In this document: in pieces, positions 11,546-24,883 of the stretch | Layout of the letters: each line of letters starts with the position of its first letter | Position numbering within the stretch: the first letter of the stretch is position 1 | NCBI RefSeq assembly: GCF_006345805.1 | Contig: NC_043000.1 | Coordinates: forward strand, 65,968,001 to 66,032,000 | DNA length: 64,000 nt | Direction of reading: 5' to 3' | DNA from: Octopus sinensis | Taxonomy: Eukaryota | Position numbers and translations under genes: made by a program | The notes under the pieces: generated by a model | What the model was told of the DNA's origin: nothing | What the model saw: the letters and a program-made list of their open reading frames with translations, nothing else | The model's database searches: none

Positions 11546-12707
11546 ACAACTCACAACCCAAGAAACATAGAGGTTTACAATATTATCCACCAGAACAACC
11601 CACCACTAAAACAAGACCCAAGAATGAAACAAGTATTCGAAGTACACAAAATAATCAAAAGTAAAAGACAATCAAGGTCCCTCAAAAATTTCCTCACAAG
11701 TGCTGAATTACCTCCCGCAATTCCTACACCAACAGTCAAAAAGTGTGGCCGCCCCAATTGCAGGACCTGCATCAACCTTATTGAAGACACAACATACAAA
11801 TTCAAATCAGGACAGACTTTTACCGTAAAAAATCATTTTACATGTTCTTCAAGGAATTTAATATACGCTATCAAATGTCAAGGATGTAATTAAGATTACA
11901 TAGGTCAAACAAAGCTTACTCTAAGAAATAGACTAACCATTCACTGACAACAAATACGAGACCCCAGTACTAGACAGATCCCACTGAATGGTCACATGGA
12001 CATATGTGCAAAAAATAAGTCCCCCAAATTCCAGGTCTTCCCACTCTACCTATGTTCAGCGAATACCACAGATGAAGCACAGATAAACAAAGAAAATACT
12101 TTCATACAAACCAAGACTTAACAAACTTTAACAGAGTACTTACACATCTATTCACACACAAAATTCATTCTGCCACTTATCATGAAGAAGCTACACAGCT
12201 AGCAACCTAAATTTTAACCATTACACTACATACAAACGATTCCTGGCCACTCTCCCACTAGACAGATTAAATTTGGTCTGTCTTGATTATAACTAAACAT
12301 GTTCACTCAATCGTGTCGGCCCTCTTTTTAGGCGCAAAATATACTGTCACGTGACACTAACGCACGGACAGAGCGGAAACGTTCAAAAGTTATAAACTGG
12401 ATCATGTGTCCATACCCTACAAACACTTGACAGAAAACATTCAGAGCATCGATTGTTTGGACTTGTTCAGTCAACCGTATTAGCCTTAACTTATGACGCC
12501 AAACATAGTCATTTGATACTAATACACGGACATAGCGGGGAACCTACACAAATTTCTAAGACCAGTCATGTGACTATCCTCTATCAATCAAATCCTATTC
12601 AAAACATATATTGATTTGGCCATGAACTCCTTATAAAAAGAGGCTAAACTTCAAACAATAGTCAGAAGCAAGACAGCTGCGACATAAGCCATATCGTTCT
12701 ATTTAAA

Positions 12708-12746
12708 CTTTTTGAAAATCAGCGTAAAATGTAAAACCGGTTAAAG
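12708..12746 (+). ncRNA. Degenerate minimal hammerhead ribozyme (U3:A8 variant, G12 lost)
   Basis: CUUU-UUGAAAA-U[CA...UG]U-AAAA-CCGG-UU-AAAG at the PLE1 3' end. Confidence 0.55.
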
Positions 12747-12978
12747 CTTCAAATATTTTCACTATTCTCAGTGCATTTTCAACTTCTATTTTCTATATAT
12801 ATATACTTTATTTAAAGCAGCAGAAAATGCAACAAAATCTGTTACTCTGAGTTTCTCAGAGTAACAGATTTTGTTGAATTTTCTGCTGCTTTAAATAAAG
12901 CATATTACTCTACCACTGGTATTTGAGTACTCTTTTTTCCACCTTGTTTCACATTATATGTTTACTCCGGTATATATA

Positions 12979-13021
<43 letters not shown>

Positions 13022-13074
13022 ATATATATGAAAAAGGGTTTGAAAATGAAGAGGTCTTTTAAATATGTTAATGG

Positions 13075-13114
13075 TTTGACCGGTTTCACTTTTTAATAAA
13101 AAGATTATCAAAAG
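13075..13114 (-). ncRNA. Minimal hammerhead ribozyme (U3:A8 variant) in a solo PLE terminal repeat
   Basis: UUGAUAA-U[CUUUUU/AUU/AAAAAG]U-GAAA-CCGG-UC; stem I weak. Confidence 0.65.
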
Positions 13115-13975
13115 TAAAATGTAAAGCTTTGTATAAGCTTTGTTGTGTTAAAAACCGGTTATCATAGTTGTATTAAAATACAATTATACAGTCTTTGATA
13201 ATGATTAAAAAATAGAATCTTTGACAATGATAAGAAAATGTTAAGATGGGCTTTTTGTTGAAACAGTTTACATGAAAGTGTTCAAAATAGGTAGTAAAAT
13301 AAATTTATAATTATTTTAAGTTCATATATATATATATATATATATATAGTAAAGTTTATTTGCCAACAAAATGTGGCAGTCCTACACAGGACGATGTTAC
13401 TACTGTTTAGCCCTATAGAAACATCTTTTCCGGCTTACTACTGACACAGTTTGTGTCCGTATAGTATGAGCAAGAGAGGTTATCGCTCCCATCTCTAGCC
13501 TTCGTGATACTCACAAACCTAAGTTTCTGGGTTGTTTCCCGTCTTCTGTGTGAGACAATCACAGGCTACTGATGAAGGATTATTCGATTTGCTCATACTA
13601 TATATTTTTTAAAGCGACACACAGTCGTTGATCTCCTAAAGAAGGAATCAACTAAATCTCTGAGCGAGAGATAAGCAGTACCAGTACCGAACAGTACAGT
13701 TTATTTGCCAACAAAATGTGTATTTATGTGTGCGTGTGTGTGTGTGTGTCTGTGTTTGTCCCCGCTCCATCACTTGACAACCGATGGTGGTGTGTTTATG
13801 TCCCCATAACTTAGAGGTTCGGCAAAACATCGATAGAATAAGTATTGGGCTTACAAAGTATAAGTCCTGGGTTCGATTTTTTCGACTAAAACCCTTTGAG
13901 GCGGTGCTCCAGGATTGCCACAGTCAAATGACTGAAACAAATAAAAGAATAAAAGTATATATATATATATATATA

Positions 13976-14760
13976 TGACGTCTAGATGACGTCTAGCTCT
14001 GCTAGAATGGACAGGATACAAACAGGGGACAGTCATTAGTCAGAATATTGATGACGTCCTTTTCTGCTTGAATAGTCACCTAACAAGTACAGACAGGGGG
14101 CAGATCTAATGTAGCTATAAGTCGTGATTGGGCAGAATCTGGATGACGTCCCGCTCTGCTTGACTAACGAAGCGACTGGTCAAAACAGGAACCAACAAGA
14201 GGCAGATATAATGCAGCGATTGGTCAAAATAATGATGACGTCCCGTTCTACTTGACTAACGAAGCGACTGGTCAAAACAGGAAACAAACAAGAGGGAGTT
14301 ATAATGCAGCGATTGGTCAAAATAATGATGACGTCCCGTTCTACTTGATTAAAGCCACCTAACGAAACGATTGGTCAAAACATTGATGACGTCACGCTAC
14401 GCTAGATTGACCACCTAACAGCATTATAAAACCGAGCATTTCACAAAAACTCACTAGAACCACCCAGCGAACTTCCACCATGGGTCATCACAATTGCTTA
14501 AGGTAAAAATGAATTCCTCGCTCTTTCGGAAACATCAATCTCCTGTATTGACCGCTTTCCACCACTTTGATCTGTTTTTTGTATTGAATACGTATCGCCA
14601 CCGTGGGCCACTGCATCGAACACGTTGAACATATACTTCAAACTATATATCAACTATACATGAACTATATATCAACTATACATGAACTCTAAGATGTCTG
14701 ACTCCGTTGTGTATTATAAATGAATTTCTTGTGTTTGACGGCATGAGCTGTCTTTTTTTA
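13976..14760 (+). repeat. LTR-like element with a tandem ~92-bp enhancer array
   Basis: Seven TGACGTC motifs, repeated GATTGG, TATAAAA at ~14425, embedded in (TA)n. Confidence 0.5.
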
Positions 14761-14892
14761 TATATAACTTTTTTTGATAAGGTTCATTTCAGGAACTGAA
14801 ACATGTTATAATGTATATATAAAAATTAAAAATTGTATAATACAGCAGCATTTTCGAACTTCATTTTTTACAAATATATATATATATATATA

Positions 14893-16197
14893 CCAGGGTG
14901 ATGCAAAAAAGGGGCTCAAAAGTTTCTTTTTTCAATTTTCAGGGAGACACCCTCCTATTTTATTCATGTTCCCAAGAAAGCATTGTATGCGAAATTTGGG
15001 GTTGAAAGAAAGAAAATTAGAGGTTGCTACCAAGCTTTAAAAATAAATGTATATCAGTTTGTGCTCAAAAATATTTTGTTGATATTCTCGCCAGAACCGG
15101 TTTGATATGTACCTAGTTAAGCTAGTTTGAAGAAAAACGATGACATTCTAGGCTATAGTACGTAGTGAGGTACAGCGTATAGCGTGCTAACTTTTTTTTA
15201 TGTGGAATTTCCCCAGTAGGCATATAATAACCACTTATGTAAGTTTATTTTTGGTTTTTTTGAAGCAAGAGTAATGTTTTCTTGTTTTTGTTTGAGAGTG
15301 ATGGCCTGTAACTTTTATAATTTGAAGAAGGTATAGTTTCTCCTCTTCATCATTGGTTATCAATTTGTTGTATTCCTCCATCAGTCGTACACCTCTTTTC
15401 ACAGTGTCGTTTACCACTTTGAGTCCATGTGCGATATCTTTTGCATTTGCATAACTTTCATCATCATTCCATTCTTCAGCATCTTTTTCAAGAAAAGTGC
15501 AAGGCACTTCTAGGATTTCAAAGAATTTTGTTGTATTGGCAAAAATGAAATCCTGCAGTTGTTTCTGCCCAGCTGGTTCAGGTTTTATTGATGCTCGTTT
15601 GCTCGGTTTTGAGTCAACTGGTTTCTGCAGAGCATGCTTCATTTTGCTTTTGGTCTCATGTAAAACAGCTGAATCAAAAAATGCAAGCGCCACAAACTCC
15701 TCAGAGAGGTATCACAAATGTCTCAAAGACTTATTGAGTGCAGCACTAGCGATTTTGTCCTCTTTTTGCATGTAGAGCTGCAGACTTTCCACAAAATGCA
15801 AATCTGAACGGGGAGGCGCATGAGGGTCTGGATGCCAGGTACCACAATCTGATGTGTATCGCAGCTGAAAAGCAGAAAACATCTCTCAGTCCTTTTTCCT
15901 CTCTTTCAGTTAGTTTAAACTGAGATTTAAACATCCAAATTTTAATGCAAGTAAATTAGCTTGGCCATCCATCCTGCTCTGTGATAAGCTCCGGGTGATA
16001 AGCTCTGTGATAAGCCTCTGACTTAGGGGTACTACCGAGGAAAATGAGCGTTAGCTCGAGCAATTCCTTGTAATCATCACGAGGCTTTTGTTCATCAAGC
16101 TGAGCTTGAGAAAACTGAATGATTTCTTCAGCATCTGAGATTTTCTCTGCAATGTTAGGATCATCTGTTGCTGTTTGGTAATTGTTCTTGTCAATTT
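14893..16197 (-). mobile_element. Degenerate DNA transposon, hAT-superfamily-like (hATm / cc8K15.2-like transposase C-terminal half)
   Basis: Motifs PGAYHRAGWMAK, RHL*YLSEEFVALAFFD, LKVVNDTVKRGVRL; terminus CCAGGGTG at 14893; the subfamily label is from memory. Confidence 0.65.
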
Positions 16198-18739
16198 ACA
16201 AACACTATCCAAAGGAATTTTTAGATGAAACTCAAACGGAATATAATGGTTATCCACTTTACAGATGTCGTAAACCATGACAGGGAGGATTCAGAGCAAG
16301 CCTTAGAGTACGACAGAATTGTCAATCAGAAATTGATAACAAGTGGATTGTTCCATATATCCAATATTTTGCAAAATTTTCAACGCGGAATGTGGAATTT
16401 TGCAATTCTTTCAAATCAATCGAGTATGTTTGTAAGTATATAAATAACGGATGTGATATGGCAATGATCGGGCTAAAAGATATAGATAAAAATGATGAGC
16501 TAACATGTTACCAGATGGGTCAATATATTAGCAGCAATGAGGCAGCATGGGTACTTTTCAATTTTCCAATTCATGAAAGGTATCCAGCAGTAGTTCATCT
16601 TGCCGTAATGCAAACTCCTCCAGAAACAACACTTACTGCTTTCTTTAAACTTTGATAACCATGACTCGTTTGCTGTAACATTACTCTACCAACAAGTCCC
16701 AAACTTCTATACATGGATTCAAACTAATAAGATGTGGAAGAGGAGGGCAAGAGGGAGAGACGTTGAAGGATGGCCTGGAATTAAGAAAGATGATGCACTC
16801 GGAAGGGTCTATACTGTACATCCAAACAACTTTGAATGCTATTTTCTTCGCATGTTACTTCACGTGACTAGAGGACCAAAGTCTTTTCACGATCTGAGAA
16901 TGGTTAATAGTCAACTATGCGAAACTTATCGTGAATCATGTCACTGTTAGAAAGTGATTCTCATTGGGATGACACGTTAACTGAAGCTGCTGTTTCAAGT
17001 TCTCCCACCCAGCAGAAGAATTTATTTGCAATAATGCTTCACACACGTGACCTGTCCAATCCTAAACGGCTATAGGAGAATCACAAGCATGAACTAAGTG
17101 AGGATGTTCGCAATCGTGCGCAAAGGGAAAATCCAAACCTTGACCTTCAATTAAATTACTATATTCTCAATAAGACTTTGATACAGCTTGAGAACAAACT
17201 CCATCCTTTGGGAGGGAAAGATCTAAATGAGTATGGATTGCCATCTACCAACAGACCACAACAACAAAATTTGTGCCGTGAAATTCTCGGAGAAACTTCC
17301 TACAATTTAGATGCTCTAGCAGTTTGTCACAGAAAAATGAGCCTAAGCTTCAACAATTGCTAAGGTATGCATATGATACAATCACGATGCAGTCAAGCAT
17401 GAAAGAGAGGATGGTCTTTTTGGATGCTCCTGGTGGTACAGGAAAGACATTCCTTAGCGGTTGCATCTTCTGGTATTGCAGCTCAAGGAAGTGGGAGGGG
17501 GAGAACTGCTCATTCTTTGTTCAAGCTCCTTGAAAAAGAATCTCAAATGTGCAGCATTTCCAAAAGCTCTGCAATGGTAACAGTTCTCCAACAAACTCGC
17601 TTCATTGTTTGGGATGAGTGCACTATGTCATATCGTAGAGCTCTAGAGGCACTTGACTGTACCCTCTAAGACATAAAAAAACAATAGCCCGTTCGTGGGA
17701 GGAGTAACAGTCCTTGCAGGAGATTTTCGTCAAACATTGCCAGTTATCCCCCAAAGGATCAAAAGCTGATGAGATCAATGCATGCTTGAAAAAGTCGTAT
17801 CTTTGGAAAAATGTGTAAAAACTTCATCTCACAAGCAACATGACAGAATTTCTACAAGGTAACCATACAGCTGGTGAATTCTCAGAGGAGCGTCTTAAGA
17901 TTGGTCATGCGATATTAACATTCAACCCAAGACTTCAGCTGCATGAACTGTCAATTACACTGATGTAAACTGGCTATGTGAAAGACCTATTCTGGTTCCA
18001 TCTAATGAAATGGTTGGTAAACTCAATCATGAAATTCTTCCATAGTTAACAGATACATCAGAAATGACTTTTCAATCAATTGACACAACAGGCGATCAAG
18101 ATCATTCTGTTCAATACCCTGTTGAATTTCTGAACACACACAAACCCACTGGGATGCCACCGCATAACTTAACACTAAAGCTGGGTGTCCTCATTATTTT
18201 GCTTAGGAATCTTGACTCATCTCACCTGTGTAATGGAACTCGCTTAATTTTTACTTCCATGAAGCCCCATGTCCTAGAGGCAACAATCATAAGAGGTAGT
18301 CCCAAAGGAGAAAATGTTTTTATTCTAAAGATTCCTCTCATACCTACAGATGTTCTATTTGAGTATAAGAGGCTTCAGTTTCCAATCGAACTAAGTTTTG
18401 CTATTTCAATCAACAAATCTCAGGATCGATCCCTTAAAGTAGTTGCACGTGATCTCTTTACTACATGCTTCTCCCACTCCAACTCAATGTTGCTTGCTCA
18501 CTAGTTGAAAGTTTCAGCAATTTATTCATTTGGACACCTTGAATATTGTTTACCCTGAGGTGCTTCAAGATTAACAGATTTTCAGTTCTAAATTCTATTA
18601 GCATTACAATTTGGATTTTTAAAAATAGAATATAGATATTTTTAAATAATTATGAGAAAAAAATATATCTTCATATTCATTTTTCACTAATCTGAATAAG
18701 AACAGCATTAAGCCGGGCAACGCCGGGTCATTGAGCTAG
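16198..18739 (+). mobile_element. Helitron (RepHel pseudogene, 5'-truncated, 3' end intact)
   Basis: Rep C-terminal motifs KHYPKEF...NGYP, SIEYVCKYIN, YISSNEAAW, LGRVYTVHP; PIF1 helicase motifs DAPGGTGKTF, ASSGIAA, WDECTM, GDFRQTLPV, LCNGTRL, RLQFP...INKSQ; subterminal CCGGGCAACGCCGGG hairpin then CTAG|T at 18739. Confidence 0.95.
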
Positions 18740-18917
18740 TACTGAAATAATCTAAGAAAGGAAGCTGAAAAGGTAATATTGTATTTTTAATGTGCCGTAG
18801 TTATATTGTGGGTAAATACTGAGCGCTCATTAGTGTGTGTGTGTGTGTGTGTGTGTGCGTGTGCGCGCGCGCGTGTGTGTGTGTGTGTTGTGTGTGTGTG
18901 TGTGTGTTTGCGTGTGT

Positions 18918-19324
18918 GATAATTCAGTTTTATTTCACAATTTCTTGCCAATAAAAAACCGGTTTCTAATCTAGATCCGAGGTTCCTTCATTAGAATTTC
19001 AACACAAACAACAGAGTATTTTTGTATGTATGTATGTATGTATGTATGGGTGTATGTATGCGAGCAGATTTGTATGTTTTGTTTTATGTATGCATTCTCA
19101 TGCATATACTTGCATATCTAGGCATGTTCACATATACCTAAATGATAAACTTCTGGAAAGCTTTACAGATTTTTGCAGATCCAGTGATGGGTTAGATCTG
19201 TAGTCAACGAATCAGCTTTCCTCTTTCTAGTTTTAAGAAGCCTAATTTCTCAAGCTTGGTATTTAGACAGTGTGTTATATATCCCAGTACCCCAATAATT
19301 ACGGGTATAAATCTGAACTTGTAA
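18918..19324 (-). mobile_element. 3' end of an RLE-type (R4/Dong-like) non-LTR retrotransposon
   Basis: Minus-strand YKFRFIPVIIGVLGYITHCL...KLGF, homologous to the C-terminus at ~23.9 kb; flanked by (TACA)n and (CA)n. Confidence 0.75.
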
Positions 19325-19696
19325 TATGTATGTATGTATGTATGTATAAGAGTGTGCATACATATATGTGTATATGTGTGTATGTATCTATGTACCTAAA
19401 TGTGTATTTATATTGTTAGTATACACATACAGATGCACACACACATACACACACACACACACACAATTTACCACGCCTGTACGTATACACCCAATATAAT
19501 TAAAACAAAAGCCCGTTGACTCGCATGAAAGGAAGAAAATTACCTTTTCCAGATTTTTCCATCTCAATAACCTTAATAGAAACAATACCCCCATAAGCTC
19601 AACTTTTGATCTTACCACTCTTTTGACGCTTATTCAGATATAATTTCATTTTGCTTTATATATACATGCATATAAATGTGTGTGTGTATATATAAA

Positions 19697-20100
19697 TTCT
19701 TTTATTCTTTTACTTGTTTCAGTCATTTGACTACGGCCATGCTGGAGTACCGTCTTAAAGGGTTTTTAGTCGAAGAAATAGAGCCCAGGACTTATTCTTT
19801 GAAAGCCTAATACTTATTATATCGGACTCTTTTGTCGAACAGCTATGTTACGAGGACGTAAACACACCAACATTGGTTGTCAAGCGATGGTGGGGCAACA
19901 AACATACACATAAAGACACACACAAAAAAATATATACACACATGACGGGCTTCTTTCAGTTTCCGTCTGCCAAATCTACTCACAAGGCTTTACTCGGCCC
20001 GGGGCTATGGTAGAAGATACCTGCCCAAGGTGCCACGTAGTAGGACTGAATCCGGAACCATGTCATTGTGAATCAAGCTTCTTACCACACAGTCATGCCT
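19697..20100 (-). mobile_element. CORE-like tRNA SINE, full length
   Basis: Homology to 2202-2602 and 41.4-41.9 kb. Confidence 0.8.
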
Positions 20101-20106
20101 ACGTCT

Positions 20107-20212
<106 letters not shown>

Positions 20213-21243
20213 TATAATATATATATTATATATATATATATTCATACATACGTATGAATATATATTCACACGTACATATATATATTCGTACACACACGCA
20301 CACACACACATGCATAAAGAGAAGACAGGAAACATTTTTTTTTTTATATTTCTATACTTCTATATAGAAATCGAACTCGAAACACTTTGTAAAAATAACT
20401 AAGTAACAGAAACAGGGTTCTATCAAGGACTGAAGGCATCAACTAAGAACCGACCACTCAAATCTCTTGTCGAAACATTATGAACTTGTTTTTATCAATA
20501 GCTGAACTGATCAGCAAAATAATATCCCCAGTCGATGTTTAACCCATGAAATCTCTGTTGTAAACAACCATTTTTAAAAATCGCATTTACAATTTTGTCT
20601 TCGGCATCTTTCTTCGATGGATATTAGCTATATATAGTTTATTCATCTGCTAACTAGCCAGTGGTTATATAACAGCCAAGATTAACAACGATGAAAAATT
20701 CCGTTCACACAATGACAGCTTCTGTCATTGCTGATACTTTATTTCTCATGGACACACACAAACTGATCACTTACCTTAAATAACTGCCTTTCTGTCGTTC
20801 GTTTTAAGGATAACATTTTTGCTGACCATAAATATTTTTTTAATCTGGAATTTCACGCAGATTTCTTGTTCACCTATCTCTTAGCCAAACCGAAATACAT
20901 TATTGTTACAAACCTGTTTCAATGACTTGATCCCATACCTTTTCAGTACAGCGGTAGATGTACTGTAGAACTGAGTGATTAACTCATTGGAACCTGTGTA
21001 TATACAAAGGTATAAAAATATCAAAAATATTAGGCGGAATTAGAATTAAAGAATTATAAGGACAAAGATGCATAGAATTCATGTATTTTTCCACGTATTA
21101 AAGAAAGATTAAATAAGTAAATTATGTGCATTCTTCCTGATAATTCCGTAATTTCAATTACAAATTTCAATCTTGCCTCATACTATGACAAAATGATTAT
21201 CTCCCTTGTAATAGCTGTGACCGTTAGGCGAACCACAAATATC

Positions 21244-21458
21244 GGTTTCAAATTTTGGCACAAGGCCAGGAATTTTGAGGGAGAAGCTAAGTCTTTTACA
21301 TCAACCCAAGTGCTTGACTGGGGCTTGTTTTATCGACCCCAAAAGGATGAAAGGCAAAGTCGACCCTGGCGGAAGTTGAACTCAGAGCGTAAAGACGGGC
21401 GAAATGCCGCTAAGCATTTTGCTCGGTGTACTAACAATTCTGCCAGCTCGCCGCCTTA
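21244..21458 (-). mobile_element. MetaSINE-like copy
   Basis: Reverse complement of the 3884 family. Confidence 0.8.
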
Positions 21459-22265
21459 AACTAACCACAAATATCAAAATGTCTTTCCAGCATTTTTTCG
21501 CTATATAATGTGGCTCGGAGTCTACATTTAGCCTATCCTTCGATTTAACGTGAATTTAATGCAGACCTGACTACTGAACCCAAAACTTACTTGTAACGTG
21601 TCTCGTAAACGACAGAACATTGCTGATTCACACACACAAGTTTGGATTACTTTCTAACACAGTCTGCTTTTTGACGCGAAGGTTTTAAGAAATTGATTTG
21701 ACAACTGTGAGGATACAATGAGTGATCTTCACGAAGATATCCGCTGCTCAGCCTGCTAGAAATAGTTGTCAAATCTATCCCAAATCAGTGTTCTACTATC
21801 TGAAAAAGGAAGACCACATTAGTCAATGTTCTGTAATTTTGGAATTTCTTTAATTATTACTTCTAATAGCCACTGGTCACTTTCTTGTTATATTTTCGTG
21901 TAACAAGTGTTACTATATATATCATTCCTTAATTATACTTGAGACTCCCCTCCAACTACAGTTTATATTTGATTTTAATTAAACTTTCAGAGTTCTCTTC
22001 CTTACCTTTTCTGCCCAGAATTTGCTATTCAGAGAATCATTGTTCTCACTCTGATTGGACAGACCTATAACCAAAAATATATTTTAGCTTCGAACACCTC
22101 GCTTTGTTTTATTCGGTTTATACTGTACCTAGGACTACATTATTCAGGTAATCCTTTTTTAAGACAATAGGATATAATTTGAGGGATATTTAGCTACTAT
22201 TTTTAGAAGGTTGAACTTAGAAGTTCTCTCATTAAAGAGTATAATTACAGGGAAATTTAGTTTTA

Positions 22266-22311
<46 letters not shown>

Positions 22312-22870
22312 TCTCTCTCTCTCTCTCCGTTGCCCATGACTGCTGAATCGCAGTCACGGGCAATAGAGAAATACAATGAAATAGAGAAATACAATGTGTG
22401 TGCGTACGTGCGTGCTTGTGCGTGTGTGAGTGTTTGTTTGTACCCCTCCACCGCTTGACAACCGGTATTGCTATGTTTACATCCCCATGAACTAGTGATT
22501 CGTGAAAACAACCGATAGAATAAGTATCAGGCTTTAAAAAAGTACTGGGGTCGATTCATTCCACTAGAAGTTCTTCAAGGCGGTACCCCAGCATTGCTGC
22601 AGTCTAAAGACTGAAAACAAGTAAAAGATATTTTCCAAATTGCAATGAAAATTAGAATATATTCTGTTCGGTCTTGGTCTTAAGCAATTGTTTGAAAATT
22701 GTTGCACCACCGTAAAGTTAATGCATAACAAGGAACATCTTGATGCGCAGTAGATTTTTAAAGACATAATCTAAAGTTAAGACAGTCTTGAGTTCCATGA
22801 AAAAAGCTGTTACTCATAATTTTGTTAGATATAATAATTATCAATAAAATAACGTATGCAATAGTTTTCT

Positions 22871-22891
22871 ATACATACATATATACATACA

Positions 22892-22925
<34 letters not shown>

Positions 22926-22961
22926 CACACACATACACACATACATACATACATACATACA

Positions 22962-22997
<36 letters not shown>

Positions 22998-23166
22998 TAC
23001 ATACATACATACATACATACATACATACACACACACATACATACATACATACATACATACATACATACATACACAAACACACACATACATACATACATAC
23101 ATACATACATACATACATACATACATACATACATACATACATACATACATACATACATACATACAT
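22871..23166. repeat. (TACA)n/(CA)n compound microsatellite
   Basis: Direct reading. Confidence 0.95.
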
Positions 23167-24570
23167 CCTACGTGTTGGAAATAAGCTCCTCGGGAAGTAC
23201 TCTCTTCCTGATGACCTTCCATACAACCCCAAATCAACATACCTCAAAGAAGACCTGAAGGTAAAACGGTCAGCATACCAGAGAAAAAAGAAAGACCATG
23301 CATGGGTATGTTTCTCGTAGAAGAAGATAGTAGCATTGACATGAAACGAAGCCACTCTTGGACTTTTGACCGCTATATCACATCACACTTCGAAGGTTAT
23401 GCATTTTCTGTACTAAACAGGAAATTGCTACTAAATACCAACAAAAGAGACAGTGAAGCCCTTGGAGTTCCAAGATGCAACCTTCAGTGTAGATTATGTC
23501 ATATTTCTGTGGAACATATTACACATGTGATTAGCAGCCGCCCAAAAATGTTATCACGGTACTACCTCCCCAATGCGACATGACATTGTTGCAAAAATGA
23601 TAAACAATGCCATTCGGAAAGAAAAGACTATCCTGGAATAAATACAGAGAATCCCCCTGTTATTGAATACGTACGCAAATACTAACACAATGAGTACTGG
23701 TGGAACATTCCCATCAAAACATTTATCGGATATTGTTGTTTGAGACAGACAAGAAAAAGTATGCACCATCATAGAGGTCAGCTGCCCTGCTGATGTGAAT
23801 ATCTCCGAAAATCAAAGAAAAAGAAGATACCTATGGACAACTACTTCGAAACCTCTTGCTACTATATCCAAATTACAAATTTACATTTATACCAATAATA
23901 ATTGGAGCGCTTGGTTTTGTAAGTAAATGCCTAACCGTCAGTCAGGATAAGCTTGGATTTTCAGGAAAAACAATGGTTATGTTATGAACTTCATTAGCTT
24001 ACAACTGTTTCTGCTATAAGATGCAGTGAACACTTAGTTGAGTGCTTGAATAACAGCCTATAGCTTCATCGGAACCTCGAATATAAAATGCAGTTTATTT
24101 GAGATAAAATATTTTTGCAGTATACAGGGAAGGCATTACCAGTGAGAAATTAGTAAATCTAATTGCCTTTTAGACATACACGTTTATGACTTTCTCACTG
24201 GTAATCCCAGTGAACAATTAATTATTCATCAACACACACTAAGTAACCTGATACAAAATATACTACCATTCACCACTCGAAGGATAAAATACATTTGCTG
24301 GCTACTGACCCATTCTTGGGTAGCGAGTCACTTGTTTTTCTAACCAGCAGATTTGAAAAGGTCAGAATTTAGGCTATTTTTAGAATACTAACACCACGTG
24401 TATGAAATATTTTGGTTGGACTTCCATTTAGTTCAGATGGGATCTGAAACGATGTTAATAGCCCCTGAAGAAGTGGCAATAACACCAAGGTGCAAAAATT
24501 TGCAGTGTGCTCAAAATTGCAGCAGAAATGGAAAGACGTGATTGACAGCAGAATAAAACTGGATATATAA
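23167..24570 (+). mobile_element. 5'-truncated RLE-type LINE (R4/Dong-like): CCHC zinc finger plus restriction-like endonuclease
   Basis: CRLCH...EHITHVISS(R/C)P, MRHDIVAK, DIVV*DRQEK...IIEVSCP, FIPIIIGALG; degenerate; 3' boundary approximate. Confidence 0.8.
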
Positions 24571-24800
24571 ATCTCTGTTCTCCTTATTATTAATTTATTA
24601 TTTCTTCTCTACCGACAGCATGCAGTCTCTATAGAGACATGGATTTACCGATGTGAAGATCTACTGAGAACAGTAAAATAAACAAACTAGACTGTTTTTG
24701 TACATTCACAGAAGCTAGCCAGAATTATTAATTGGTAAAAGTGAATATGGTACCAACTAGGATTGTATATCCCTACCAACCTAATTTGGAAATATAACTT

Positions 24801-24883
<83 letters not shown>

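Larger units (their letters stand above)
10256..12793 (+). mobile_element. Penelope-like element 1 (AT-rich, Neptune-like), 5'-truncated and degenerate
   Basis: RT motifs FRQIVAGP, SFDVVNLY, RYLDDCF, LPFLDI, SSCHPKH; linker CGRPNCRTC; GIY-YIG NLIYAIKC...YIGQT...R; stops and frameshifts; hammerhead-like motif near the 3' end; flanked by (TA)n. Confidence 0.92.

Noticed and set aside
14040-14400. Regular ~92-bp repeats as a CRISPR-like array
   Set aside because: Whole units are homologous, with no unique spacers and no cas genes; eukaryotic context
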